IMG/VR virus record: IMGVR_UViG_3300043185_000046
Span: 1-33,332 of that record
Direction: 5' to 3' (one strand)
Length of the DNA stretch: 33,332 bases
DNA from: a virus
Taxonomy: Duplodnaviria; Caudoviricetes
Every line of letters starts with the position of its first letter. The first letter of the stretch is position 1. Under the pieces are notes generated by a model. It was not told the DNA's origin. It made no database searches and saw only the letters and a list, made by a program, of their open reading frames with translations. The translations under genes were made by a program, and so were the position numbers. Below, in pieces: positions 15,884-24,313 of this stretch.

Positions 15884-18144
15884 TGCCCGACACGATCTCC
15901 CAGATGCCTGACGGCGCCGTGCTGATCAGCAACGGGATAGACGAGATGCTGCGGTTCGACCCCTCGGTGGGCGCGGTGGAGACTGCCGGCATCGTCGCAC
16001 CCACCACGAAAGTAGCCGTCAACGGGGTTGGGGCCGGCAACATCGTGGGTGAGTTCTATGCCCACGTCCGGTACGTTGACAGGCACGGCTACTTCTCCAG
16101 CTTGTCTCCCATCAGCGATCTGTATATCGCCTCGTATGGCAGCTTCTCCCTGACTGCCGCCACCAACGCCACGCCCATCGTCGTTACAACATCAGCCGCT
16201 CACGGGCTGGGGAACGGACAGCAGATCAGAATTGAAGGTGTGATGGGAAATGATGGAGCCAACGGCATCTTCATTACCTCGGCGGTCACGTCAACCACGA
16301 TCACACTCAAAAACCTGGACGGGTCGGACACGGTAGGCACCGGAACCTACAACTCGGGCGGCAGCCTGACTTCAGGGGTGGCGCTGATTCGCTACACCAA
16401 TGTTCCAACAACAACAGAAGCGAGAGTAACGCGCAGGCAGATACTCAGGAGCCGGACTGGCGACCTGACCGTGTTCTACGTTGACATCGACACGGATGAC
16501 TTGACCAGCACGACCTTCGATTCAGCCGCAACGAACGACGACCTGCTGGATGGCGTGGCGCTGGTGGACGATCTGGGGGACGATCTCTCGATCAGAACCC
16601 CGCCAGAGACATTCAGGAAGTTTGTCGCTCACCACCTGGGCCGCATGTTCGCCGCCGGGATCGAGCCGTACTCTGAGGGGGCGGTGTCAGTCACCAACGG
16701 CTCCAAGACTGTCACTGGAATCGGAACCGAGTGGGGCAGGGTCACATTCCCGGGGCGCTACATCGATGTCGTGGGGGGCAACAAAAGCTATGAGATTTAC
16801 TCAGTTGAAAGCACAACATCCCTGACTCTGGTTGATGCCTACTCGGGTACGACCGACGAATACGCCTACTACACCATCCATCCAGGCGCGGCCCGCCGCA
16901 GGGAGTTCGTGTGGTCCAGAGTGGGCGAGCCGGAAGCGTTCCCGGCATTCAACAGCGCTGAGCTTGAGCAGGACATTGGCGCTGGAGAACTGACCGGCCT
17001 CATGCCGATGAATGCGTTTCTCTACATTCTGGCCGAGAACCGCATCTACCGCTTCAGTTTTGTGAACAATCCGATTTCAGACGGGTTTAGCGTGAAAGCT
17101 TCCAGCCGTGGCTGCGTAAATAACAGGTGCCACATTCGCGTTGACGAAGCGGCGTACATGCTGGACTACGTTGGGTTCCATGTATTCTACGGGAACGAGG
17201 ATGCCGCGATCGGTTCGCAGGAGGTTCAGGACCTGTTCCGGCGAGGGAGCACCGGCAAGTACCGCATTAACTGGCGTGCCAGACGGTACTTTCATGCGGT
17301 ATACGATCCGGGTGAGGCTACTGTGCGGTGGTTCCTCTGCATGGGCGGGTCATACACCCCGTATCACGCGGTGGCTTACAACGTCAGGCTGAAAAGGTGG
17401 TGGATCGAGGAGTACCCATTCCCCATCTCTGCTTCGTGTCTTGGCAGGTATCAGGGAAACCCGCAAGTCTACCTTGCAAGCGATGCCCAGCGTATCTTCG
17501 CTCTTCACCAGTCCACGCTCGACGGGATCAAATCGACCGGCGCAACGATTCGCGGCACCGTCACCTCCTCCGGCGTGGACTGGATAGCGGACTCCACCGC
17601 TTCGTTCCCCACAACCACAGCCGGGACTTACCTGTACATTACTCAAGGCAAGGGTAAGGGGCAGCGCAACAGGATCGTTTCCATCTCCGGTACGACAGTG
17701 AACGTCTTGCATCCGTGGCTGATCAGGCCGGACACCACCAGCACCTACCAGATCGGGGGCGTGGCATGGTCGTGGAAGTCTCGATGGATGATGTGGGGCG
17801 ATGAAGCAGGCATGGCGCAGCGCGCGGTGGCGTTGTCATTTCGTCCCCTGTCGGCTCAGGCCCAGATGTATCTTCGCGTGTACGAAGATCTGTCGGGCAC
17901 GGCCCAAGCATGGGAGAGAACACAGACTCTGGCATACGGGAACGGGATAGCCCTGCTGGCTGACGACCCGACTACCGACCTGTCGATTGACTGCACGAAA
18001 TCCAATGGGCGGGTGACGCACCGCCTTCCAGACTTCGCGGAGTGGTATACTGACGGACCGCGATACGTCTCCATTGAACTTTCCGGCACGCAGAATACGG
18101 AGCAGCAGGCTGTGTTCAGCGTGGCGGTTGACGGAGCCGGGTGA
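15883..18144 (+). CDS. Tail nozzle / tubular protein B-like beta-propeller protein with inserted domains
   Basis: HLGRMFAAG, WSRVGEPEAF, GCV, YMLDYVG, WKSRW. Insertion ATNATPIVVTTSAAHGL.NG..I.IEGV.G resembles the FCCH-like domain of phage nozzle proteins. Confidence 0.75.
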   Translation: MPDTISQMPDGAVLISNGIDEMLRFDPSVGAVETAGIVAPTTKVAVNGVGAGNIVGEFYAHVRYVDRHGYFSSLSPISDLYIASYGSFSLTAATNATPIVVTTSAAHGLGNGQQIRIEGVMGNDGANGIFITSAVTSTTITLKNLDGSDTVGTGTYNSGGSLTSGVALIRYTNVPTTTEARVTRRQILRSRTGDLTVFYVDIDTDDLTSTTFDSAATNDDLLDGVALVDDLGDDLSIRTPPETFRKFVAHHLGRMFAAGIEPYSEGAVSVTNGSKTVTGIGTEWGRVTFPGRYIDVVGGNKSYEIYSVESTTSLTLVDAYSGTTDEYAYYTIHPGAARRREFVWSRVGEPEAFPAFNSAELEQDIGAGELTGLMPMNAFLYILAENRIYRFSFVNNPISDGFSVKASSRGCVNNRCHIRVDEAAYMLDYVGFHVFYGNEDAAIGSQEVQDLFRRGSTGKYRINWRARRYFHAVYDPGEATVRWFLCMGGSYTPYHAVAYNVRLKRWWIEEYPFPISASCLGRYQGNPQVYLASDAQRIFALHQSTLDGIKSTGATIRGTVTSSGVDWIADSTASFPTTTAGTYLYITQGKGKGQRNRIVSISGTTVNVLHPWLIRPDTTSTYQIGGVAWSWKSRWMMWGDEAGMAQRAVALSFRPLSAQAQMYLRVYEDLSGTAQAWERTQTLAYGNGIALLADDPTTDLSIDCTKSNGRVTHRLPDFAEWYTDGPRYVSIELSGTQNTEQQAVFSVAVDGAG

Positions 18145-18578
18145 TGGGGCTTTGGGCACTGACAACAGAATGCGTGCAGGGCCTTCGCCGCAGCCATTGG
18201 GGCACGAAGATCGAGGGGTCTGACGGCGTTCTCAGGGACACTGGAGTTCAGCCGGCGATCGAGGAGTTGATCAACCGGCTCTCCAGCCAGTCCCCCATCC
18301 AGATGCCCGGCCCGCTGGTGTTGATCAAGCCCGCCAACGCGCCAGCCATCAAGATCGTGTCGGACGGGACGGGCGCGGCCATCACGGTCAACAACACGAA
18401 CATCATCACTGACGGCGGAGATGGGGGTACGACGGGAGCCACCGTGTCCGTTGATCTCCTGGAGGACGTGGCTGTATCGTCAGCCGTCATCAATTCCTGC
18501 GCCGACCTCGAAATCACACTGACGCTCACCGTAAAGACGCTGGCATTTGAGAACGGCCTGCTTACCTCCGTGTCATGA
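18141..18578 (+). CDS. Hypothetical virion protein
   Basis: GTGA overlap with nozzle stop. Start 18141 or 18144. Confidence 0.65.
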   Translation: MMGLWALTTECVQGLRRSHWGTKIEGSDGVLRDTGVQPAIEELINRLSSQSPIQMPGPLVLIKPANAPAIKIVSDGTGAAITVNNTNIITDGGDGGTTGATVSVDLLEDVAVSSAVINSCADLEITLTLTVKTLAFENGLLTSVS

Positions 18579-19076
18579 ATGGCGACTCTCACATCAGTCA
18601 ACACGTCGCAAGCCGGCAACGTCATAACTGCCGTCTACACGTTCTCTCTCACGACTGACGAGCAGGCCGAGCTATTCGACTGCTGCGACGACTGCGGGGT
18701 AGCGGCGAACTGCTGCGCCGATAAGCTCCCCCGCACGCTGCACGCCACGATAGAGAACCCCGGCGGCGGAACATGCGGCTGTGCCGATGGGGAAGTTGTG
18801 ACTCTCGTATACAACGGCGGAACCAGCAAATGGGAAGGGACGGACACGTTTGGAACCTGCGGAATGGACATCACCCTCAAGGTCTATTGCGAGCCAGTTC
18901 TTCCATACAGGTGGTTTCTTGAGGTAGACTTCAGCGATACATGTGCTACGCCGGGCGACACGGCATGGGACCCGTCCAGCACATGCGACCCGTTGAATCT
19001 GATATTCCTGGCCATCTTCGTGACTGGATGCTGCACCGGCGGCAACCAGCAGATAAGGGTGACGGTGACCATATGA
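18579..19076 (+). CDS. Cysteine-rich hypothetical protein
   Basis: 13 Cys in 165 aa (CCDDC, NCC, CGC, GCC). Confidence 0.7.
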   Translation: MATLTSVNTSQAGNVITAVYTFSLTTDEQAELFDCCDDCGVAANCCADKLPRTLHATIENPGGGTCGCADGEVVTLVYNGGTSKWEGTDTFGTCGMDITLKVYCEPVLPYRWFLEVDFSDTCATPGDTAWDPSSTCDPLNLIFLAIFVTGCCTGGNQQIRVTVTI

Positions 19077-20443
19077 ATGAAGACGACGATCTGCTCAGCC
19101 AAATCGCATACGTCCTCAATACGCCGGGCGACCTGGCGCGAGGCCTGATTGCCAAGGCGTCAGGCTACCCGAACTGGCGTGCTACCGGGAACGAGTTTCT
19201 GGAGCATTTCGGGGTGGAGGATCCTGGGTTTCTTGCATCCCTCGGGACTGAGTTGGCAATCGACCCGCTGAACCTGATCTCGGGCGCGGGGATGATCACG
19301 AAGCTGGCGAAAGCACGAAAGCTGGCGGCACTCAACAAAGGGATCGAGCAGGCCAACGCGGCATCAGACTTGATGCGTGCGGAGGGCGCGCTGCCAGAGG
19401 AGCTTATCCAGCATCTTTCGAGCCGTGTTATTGATCCAGAGACCGGAACTCCGATACCGTTCTTCCGCCCAACCCTATCCGATGAGGGATTGGAACATCT
19501 GCCTGGATCGGCACGTGCTTTGTTTGAGAGTCCAACATCATTACGAGACGACCTCAGAGACACCCTTGACGAGGCGATGCGTGGTGCCGAGGCCTCCAGG
19601 ATCGGCATGGCCGTCAAGCACCCGCTGTGGAAAGAACACGTCGAACTTAATGCGCGTGTCGATCAGATAGGAAAGGCATTGCTTCGTGCATCGAGAGCCT
19701 TACACAGCGACCCGCCCGTGCCACCCAGAGTGCGGGAACAGTTCCTGAGACGATTCAATCTCTTCAGAAAGGCTTTTGAGGAAGAGGCTGGAATGGCTCG
19801 CGCATTGCGTGACACTGCCATCCATTCCACGCCACTTCCGAAATTTGGCGCAGAAGAATATTTCGTTGCCTCGCGCAACCCGTTTGTCAGTCAAAGACAG
19901 TACCCGGCTGAGGATATCAGGGCGATACTTAAGAGCATGGAGCAGGAACCGTGGTACGAAAATGCCGTAACGGCGCTGTTTCCAGGGCCGTCTGTGTCGA
20001 AAGTATCAGGCCACGATCTTCTGCAACTGTTTGCACCCGACGTAGGTCGCAATGTGCTTGGCGAAAGCTTGCTCGATGAAGCGACGGATCTTCTTCATAA
20101 CGCCGGCCGCGCGCGAATGTTGTCTGATGCCATTAGAAAAGCCGGATATGATGCAATCGATGCTGCCTCCGACTCGATGAGGCCAGCACTACATGTGTTT
20201 GGCGAGCTTGACAGCCAAAGCTTGCTCGATGAAGCGATGGATCTTCTTCATGTTGGAGCAGAGGGATCGCAGATGCCAAATGTCAGAAGGATGATTCCGC
20301 TCCTTCAAGACATGCTGTACAAACCCCGCATCGCCCCCAGGTACCAGCCATACCACGACCTGCCGTCGTTCCAGCCATACCTGGGTCTGGGTCTGGGCAA
20401 CACTGTAATGCAGACGGCGGATGTAATGAGCCAGTATCTCTAG
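19073..20443 (+). CDS. Putative internal virion protein: shared N-terminal module plus divergent ART-PolyVal-like (ADP-ribosyltransferase-like) domain
   Basis: ATGA overlap at 19073. LNTPG..RG / TG.EFLE..G / DPLN module, then SRVIDPETGTPIPFFRPT, YFVASRNP, RKAGYDAI. Confidence 0.6.
   Translation: MNEDDDLLSQIAYVLNTPGDLARGLIAKASGYPNWRATGNEFLEHFGVEDPGFLASLGTELAIDPLNLISGAGMITKLAKARKLAALNKGIEQANAASDLMRAEGALPEELIQHLSSRVIDPETGTPIPFFRPTLSDEGLEHLPGSARALFESPTSLRDDLRDTLDEAMRGAEASRIGMAVKHPLWKEHVELNARVDQIGKALLRASRALHSDPPVPPRVREQFLRRFNLFRKAFEEEAGMARALRDTAIHSTPLPKFGAEEYFVASRNPFVSQRQYPAEDIRAILKSMEQEPWYENAVTALFPGPSVSKVSGHDLLQLFAPDVGRNVLGESLLDEATDLLHNAGRARMLSDAIRKAGYDAIDAASDSMRPALHVFGELDSQSLLDEAMDLLHVGAEGSQMPNVRRMIPLLQDMLYKPRIAPRYQPYHDLPSFQPYLGLGLGNTVMQTADVMSQYL
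20064..20251 (+). repeat. 35-bp in-frame direct repeat (20064-20098 and 20217-20251, 1 mismatch)
   Basis: aaagcttgctcgatgaagcga(c/t)ggatcttcttcat, encoding SLLDEAxDLLH twice, 153 bp apart. Confidence 0.9.
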
Positions 20444-20751
20444 CGCCTCTGCTCATAGACATACCGCGACGGTTGTGGAATAAACATCGGGTACTTGTAG
20501 GTCAAGTCAGTCCATTGCCTCTGGACGCCGCCGCCGGGAACGACAATCGTCTGCGTGGTCGTCTTGCCGCTGCCTAGTGCGAGGAATAATACTGACGCCA
20601 CTGTTGCTCCGACGACCGCTCCAAGTATGACCTGTGGGGCGAAGGCGTGCGCCCCTTTCGCTTTATTGTCTCTCGCAGAATCTTCATTTGCTCCTCTGAC
20701 AGGAGCCACATCTTCTTTCCGTGCCTGCCCTCTAGATTCAACTGACGACAT
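20440..20751 (-). CDS. Putative single-pass membrane protein
   Basis: RBS gaggt. Hydrophobic VILGAVVGATVASVLFLALG. Stop overlaps the convergent gene end. Confidence 0.5.
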   Translation of the reverse strand: MSSVESRGQARKEDVAPVRGANEDSARDNKAKGAHAFAPQVILGAVVGATVASVLFLALGSGKTTTQTIVVPGGGVQRQWTDLTYKYPMFIPQPSRYVYEQRR

Positions 20752-20813
20752 AAGTACCTCACATGCTGGGGGGTTCGGTTGAGAATAGACGCCGCTTGCT
20801 GTGCCGTGTACAT
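20574..20813 (-). CDS. Excisionase/MerR-like winged-HTH protein (79 aa)
   Basis: RBS aggagg. MYTAQQAASILNRTPQHVRYLCRQ....GRHGKKMWLLSEEQM is an HTH_17-like pattern. Confidence 0.7.
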   Translation of the reverse strand: MYTAQQAASILNRTPQHVRYLCRQLNLEGRHGKKMWLLSEEQMKILRETIKRKGRTPSPHRSYLERSSEQQWRQYYSSH

Positions 20814-20834
20814 GGGTGCCTCCTGCCCAATCCC

Positions 20835-20862
20835 ATTATATTCATGAATGACGATAGGGCAA
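20835..20862 (-). promoter_or_regulatory. Sigma70-type promoter for the inverted HTH/membrane cassette
   Basis: Minus strand TTGCCC-16 bp-TATAAT. Palindrome attcatgaat at 20840-20849 lies in the spacer. Confidence 0.6.
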
Positions 20863-21137
20863 TTGATTGCTGGAAGCTGCCTGGCCGGCTGCGGCAGATA
20901 TGCACCGGAGAAGCAGGCATTCCAGAAGGCCAGAGACAACGGTACATTAGAGCCTGGAGAGAGCGAGGTTTGCTGGCTGACCGGGGGTTCGGCGACAAGC
21001 TCGAACGATTCATTCACTCGGTCATGCCAGCACGCCTGCTGCACTTCATCAAGCGTCGTGGATGCCGGTGCAGCAAGCGGGTGGAGTGGCTGAACAAGCT
21101 GTTCCCGAATGGAGGGGAAAATGCTCGGAGCAGGTAG
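20844..21137 (+). CDS. Small Cys-containing phage protein
   Basis: RGFGDKLE...GCRCSKRVEWLN matches a recalled phage pattern (GLGD...CGC..R...LN). Start uncertain. Confidence 0.65.
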   Translation: MNDDRAIDCWKLPGRLRQICTGEAGIPEGQRQRYIRAWRERGLLADRGFGDKLERFIHSVMPARLLHFIKRRGCRCSKRVEWLNKLFPNGGENARSR

Positions 21138-21528
21138 GTTCGCAAATGTCGCTCGGCCCAGGCCGGCGATGGAAGGGTACACCCAGCCTCAGCAGTTTCA
21201 GGCCGTTCCTGGGTACGAGCATCTGAATAACAGCCGTGCTGTTGCCAGCCCGTGGCGTCCCGGCATGGGGAACCCGCAGCAATGGCCAAACGCTCAGACG
21301 AGGGCTCCTTTTGGTGGCATGCCGTCGCCAGGTCAGATGCCGAACTTCGGAGGCAACTGGTTCGGGGCTGGCGGGTCTCCGCCACCGTGGCTGACAGGAC
21401 TACCTCAACAGCCACAGACGAACATTCCAAGAGCGATGCCGTTCGGGCCAGCCCAGATGGGAACTCAGTGGGGCCTCGGCGCTCCTAACAACATGGCTTA
21501 TCAGATGATTCTGAGGAGAGGGGAGTAA
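21121..21528 (+). CDS. P/G/Q-rich low-complexity protein, probable internal virion protein
   Basis: RBS ggagggg. Coupled to the next gene by TAATG. Confidence 0.6.
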   Translation: MLGAGRFANVARPRPAMEGYTQPQQFQAVPGYEHLNNSRAVASPWRPGMGNPQQWPNAQTRAPFGGMPSPGQMPNFGGNWFGAGGSPPPWLTGLPQQPQTNIPRAMPFGPAQMGTQWGLGAPNNMAYQMILRRGE

Positions 21529-22778
21529 TGCCCGTATTCCCAGGAGCTTTTTCCCCTGTCGGCATTGGTCTTGGTCCGCCGAATGCGATGGGCGGCAGCA
21601 ACGCCCAGCCAATTCCACAGCCGTACGGCCCTGCGGTGCCTCCAGGCTATGGACCATCAGGCCCAGACTACAAGGTGGGCGTGCCACCTGGTGGAGCAAC
21701 GACACCACCCCCGAATAACACGTACGTCTACTACAAATGGCCGCAGCAGTCAGGTGGCGGCACGCGGTATTACAACGCGAACGCACCGTACGGCATGTTC
21801 GGGTATGGCGGTGCCTTCCCAGGCAACAACGCCTACATGTATGGCGTCGGGGATACTGGATATGGCGGCTATGGCGGCGGCTCGCTCGACGACATGTACA
21901 ACCGTGTCGCTCAAATGCAGATCGCCAATACACAGGGCGCTGCGAATGTCAGGCAGGCGGAGATCGGATCTGATGCCACAAAGTATGGACACGACAAGCA
22001 GCTAGCGGGAACCGACCTCTCAACTCAACGGCAGCTTCAGGGCACGCAATACGGCTGGGATGCACAGAAGGCCATCAATGATCTGGCCACCCAGAGGCAG
22101 CTTGAAGGCCTGATGTACGGAGCCAACACGAATTACGGAATCGCCGGGCTGGACGCTCAGACGAAGCTTGGCCTGGGCGGCATGGAACTGGAGGGAGTGA
22201 AGGATACGAACCTGTCTCGTCTGGCACAGCAGGGGCTGGCGAATGAGCCAGCACTGGCGAGGCTTGGGTTCGTGAAAGACTTTTTCGGAAACACGAATCT
22301 TTCCGATGTTCTCGACAGGTTCGGCGGCATGGGCGGCGGTGGTGCTGGTGGTGCTGGAGATGGGTCTAGTTGGCAGGACTTCATGTCTTCGGTGTCTAGG
22401 TTTATCCCAAACTTCAACACAGAAGGTTTGAAGAATCAGGCGGTGGCGAACCTGTTCAAGACCGGAGAGTCTGGCCGCAACAAGCTGAGACAGGCAATGG
22501 CCGCCAGAGGCCTTTCTCCTACCGGTGCACTCGGACAGCAAGCGGAGTTGAACAATCTTGGCTATACCCAGCCAGCACAGGAGGCTGCCGCATTTCAGGC
22601 AAGGTTCCCGCTTGAAGCCCAGGCGGCGCAATCTCAGGCAGCACTTCCGTGGATCGGTTTGGGTTCTCAGGCGTTTCAGGCGGAGCAGGAACGCAGGAAC
22701 AGGTTGCAGCTTGAGGGCCTGCGGGGAACGAACTCGCTTCTCGGATCGGCACTCGGTTCAATATTCCAGATGGCTTAA
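21528..22778 (+). CDS. Putative DNA pilot/ejection protein
   Basis: RBS gaggggag. G/Y/P/N-rich N-terminus, 11-residue periodic core, AMAARGL, C-terminal LLGSALG. Confidence 0.6.
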   Translation: MPVFPGAFSPVGIGLGPPNAMGGSNAQPIPQPYGPAVPPGYGPSGPDYKVGVPPGGATTPPPNNTYVYYKWPQQSGGGTRYYNANAPYGMFGYGGAFPGNNAYMYGVGDTGYGGYGGGSLDDMYNRVAQMQIANTQGAANVRQAEIGSDATKYGHDKQLAGTDLSTQRQLQGTQYGWDAQKAINDLATQRQLEGLMYGANTNYGIAGLDAQTKLGLGGMELEGVKDTNLSRLAQQGLANEPALARLGFVKDFFGNTNLSDVLDRFGGMGGGGAGGAGDGSSWQDFMSSVSRFIPNFNTEGLKNQAVANLFKTGESGRNKLRQAMAARGLSPTGALGQQAELNNLGYTQPAQEAAAFQARFPLEAQAAQSQAALPWIGLGSQAFQAEQERRNRLQLEGLRGTNSLLGSALGSIFQMA

Positions 22779-24310
22779 TGTCAGGTGAACTCATGGTATA
22801 CATATACGTTGAACCCGCCCCTCGCCCTCGCCGCACCTACTCAGATGACTACGAGGATGAGAATGCCATAATCAAGGCGAGAATCAAAGATCTAAGTGAA
22901 CGTTTGGCGCGAGCCAAGCCTCCCACGGCAGCGGAGCCAGTGCACCGAAGATACCTGGTCCCGACTCCGCCATTGCCCACCATACCAGACGACACGGAAG
23001 AATACGTTGCGCCTCCCGTACAGCCTCCTCGCGCTCCAACACAACACGAGATGCTGCTGGATAAGGGCTATGAAAACGACCAACAGCGACAGTTGGTTGC
23101 TCGCAGGCAGCAGGACCTTAAAGACCGCATTCTTAGCGACAGCCGCGCGAATACCGCGCAGCTTGTGAACGACGTTGCAAGGCTGAGGTCACAACTCAGG
23201 TATGGCGAGCCGCCCGCCGGAGAAGCCTTCGACAGTCTGCGTCCCAAAACACCGGAGCAGCAGCTTGCCGAAAGGGCCGCTCGGGCTGCATCTGAAAGCG
23301 ACTTCCTGGATCAACAGTCCCAGGAACGCATCAACAACAGAAGGCGGTTGGCGGCGAGCAACATCAACTCAATGATACGTGCCGGGGACGGGTACATCTC
23401 CGGAAGAAGCCCGTACGATCTGCCGCCAATATCCTCCAAGGGATTCCCGGCGGCAGCCCTTGCCAGGCACCGTGCCGCTCAAGCCAGGTCCATCAACCCG
23501 CAGCAAGCGAGATTCGACAGGATGCTTGCACAGGCATCACCCGCAGCGACTCCCGATGTTACTCCCGAAGTTACGCCAGAAGATACGAACGCTCGCCTTG
23601 AGGAAGCGGCAGCCAGAAGGGATCGGTTCCTGGAAGCACGAAAAACGAGCGGTGCCGCTCCGCTTGGCACGACGTATAAACAAACAGTGTTTGATCAGTC
23701 GGTGGTGAACGCAAGAAAGAAGGCTGCTAAAGAAAGAGTAGAGGCATTCAAGGGAGCGAACATCCGCCGTGCATTCGCGCGTGGCAGGCTCAGGCCTAGC
23801 GCCGCCACACTCTACGAAGGCCAGTACGGTCTGCCAAGCTCGATCAACGATCAAGAGAGACTGAACAAGCTTGGTGCCGCCGATAGAGAAAGAGAGCAAG
23901 AGAATCGGCTGATCGCTGATGTCGTAAATTCCGTGGCTGGGCAGGGCGGCTTGGCTGGCGCAACACCAGAGATGATCGAAAAGATGTTTGATACGATTCG
24001 GAAAATACTCGACATGCGGCGAAACGCTCAGTCACCACAGGGGGGCGCAGCGCCGCCTTCGTCTGCCACGCCGGGTGGCACGGCGCCGCCCTGGGTTGCC
24101 CCAGGGCTCGGCACGGCGCCGCCCTGGGTTGCCCCAGGGCTCGGCACGGCGCCGCCTTCGTCTGCCCCGCAGGGTGGCACAATGCCACCTCCGTCGTTCC
24201 CAGAACGGTTTGTGCGAAGGTGGTATGACAGGCCAACTCTGGCAGAAGTGGAACAGATGCGCCGTCGCAACCGCGAAAGGGTCATAGGCTCCGATAGGCG
24301 CCTGCACTGA
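22778..24310 (+). CDS. Putative ejection/internal virion protein
   Basis: TAATG coupling. R/A/Q/E helical segments and P-rich linkers. Lies before the largest ejection gene. Confidence 0.6.
   Translation: MSGELMVYIYVEPAPRPRRTYSDDYEDENAIIKARIKDLSERLARAKPPTAAEPVHRRYLVPTPPLPTIPDDTEEYVAPPVQPPRAPTQHEMLLDKGYENDQQRQLVARRQQDLKDRILSDSRANTAQLVNDVARLRSQLRYGEPPAGEAFDSLRPKTPEQQLAERAARAASESDFLDQQSQERINNRRRLAASNINSMIRAGDGYISGRSPYDLPPISSKGFPAAALARHRAAQARSINPQQARFDRMLAQASPAATPDVTPEVTPEDTNARLEEAAARRDRFLEARKTSGAAPLGTTYKQTVFDQSVVNARKKAAKERVEAFKGANIRRAFARGRLRPSAATLYEGQYGLPSSINDQERLNKLGAADREREQENRLIADVVNSVAGQGGLAGATPEMIEKMFDTIRKILDMRRNAQSPQGGAAPPSSATPGGTAPPWVAPGLGTAPPWVAPGLGTAPPSSAPQGGTMPPPSFPERFVRRWYDRPTLAEVEQMRRRNRERVIGSDRRLH
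24044..24190 (+). repeat. 33-bp tandem repeat, about 4.5 units (11-aa GTAPP units)
   Basis: ggcacggcgccgccctgggttgccccagggctc is exact at 24077-24109 and 24110-24142, flanked by SSA-variant units. Confidence 0.9.
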
Positions 24311-24313
24311 TAT

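Noticed and set aside
18941-19072. Extended start of the 500-aa ORF
   Set aside because: It overlaps the Cys-rich gene. ATGA coupling and the shared module place the start at 19073.
20814-21182. Extended 202-aa version of the HTH ORF
   Set aside because: The strong RBS and promoter sit just before ATG 20813, and the extension is antisense to + strand genes.
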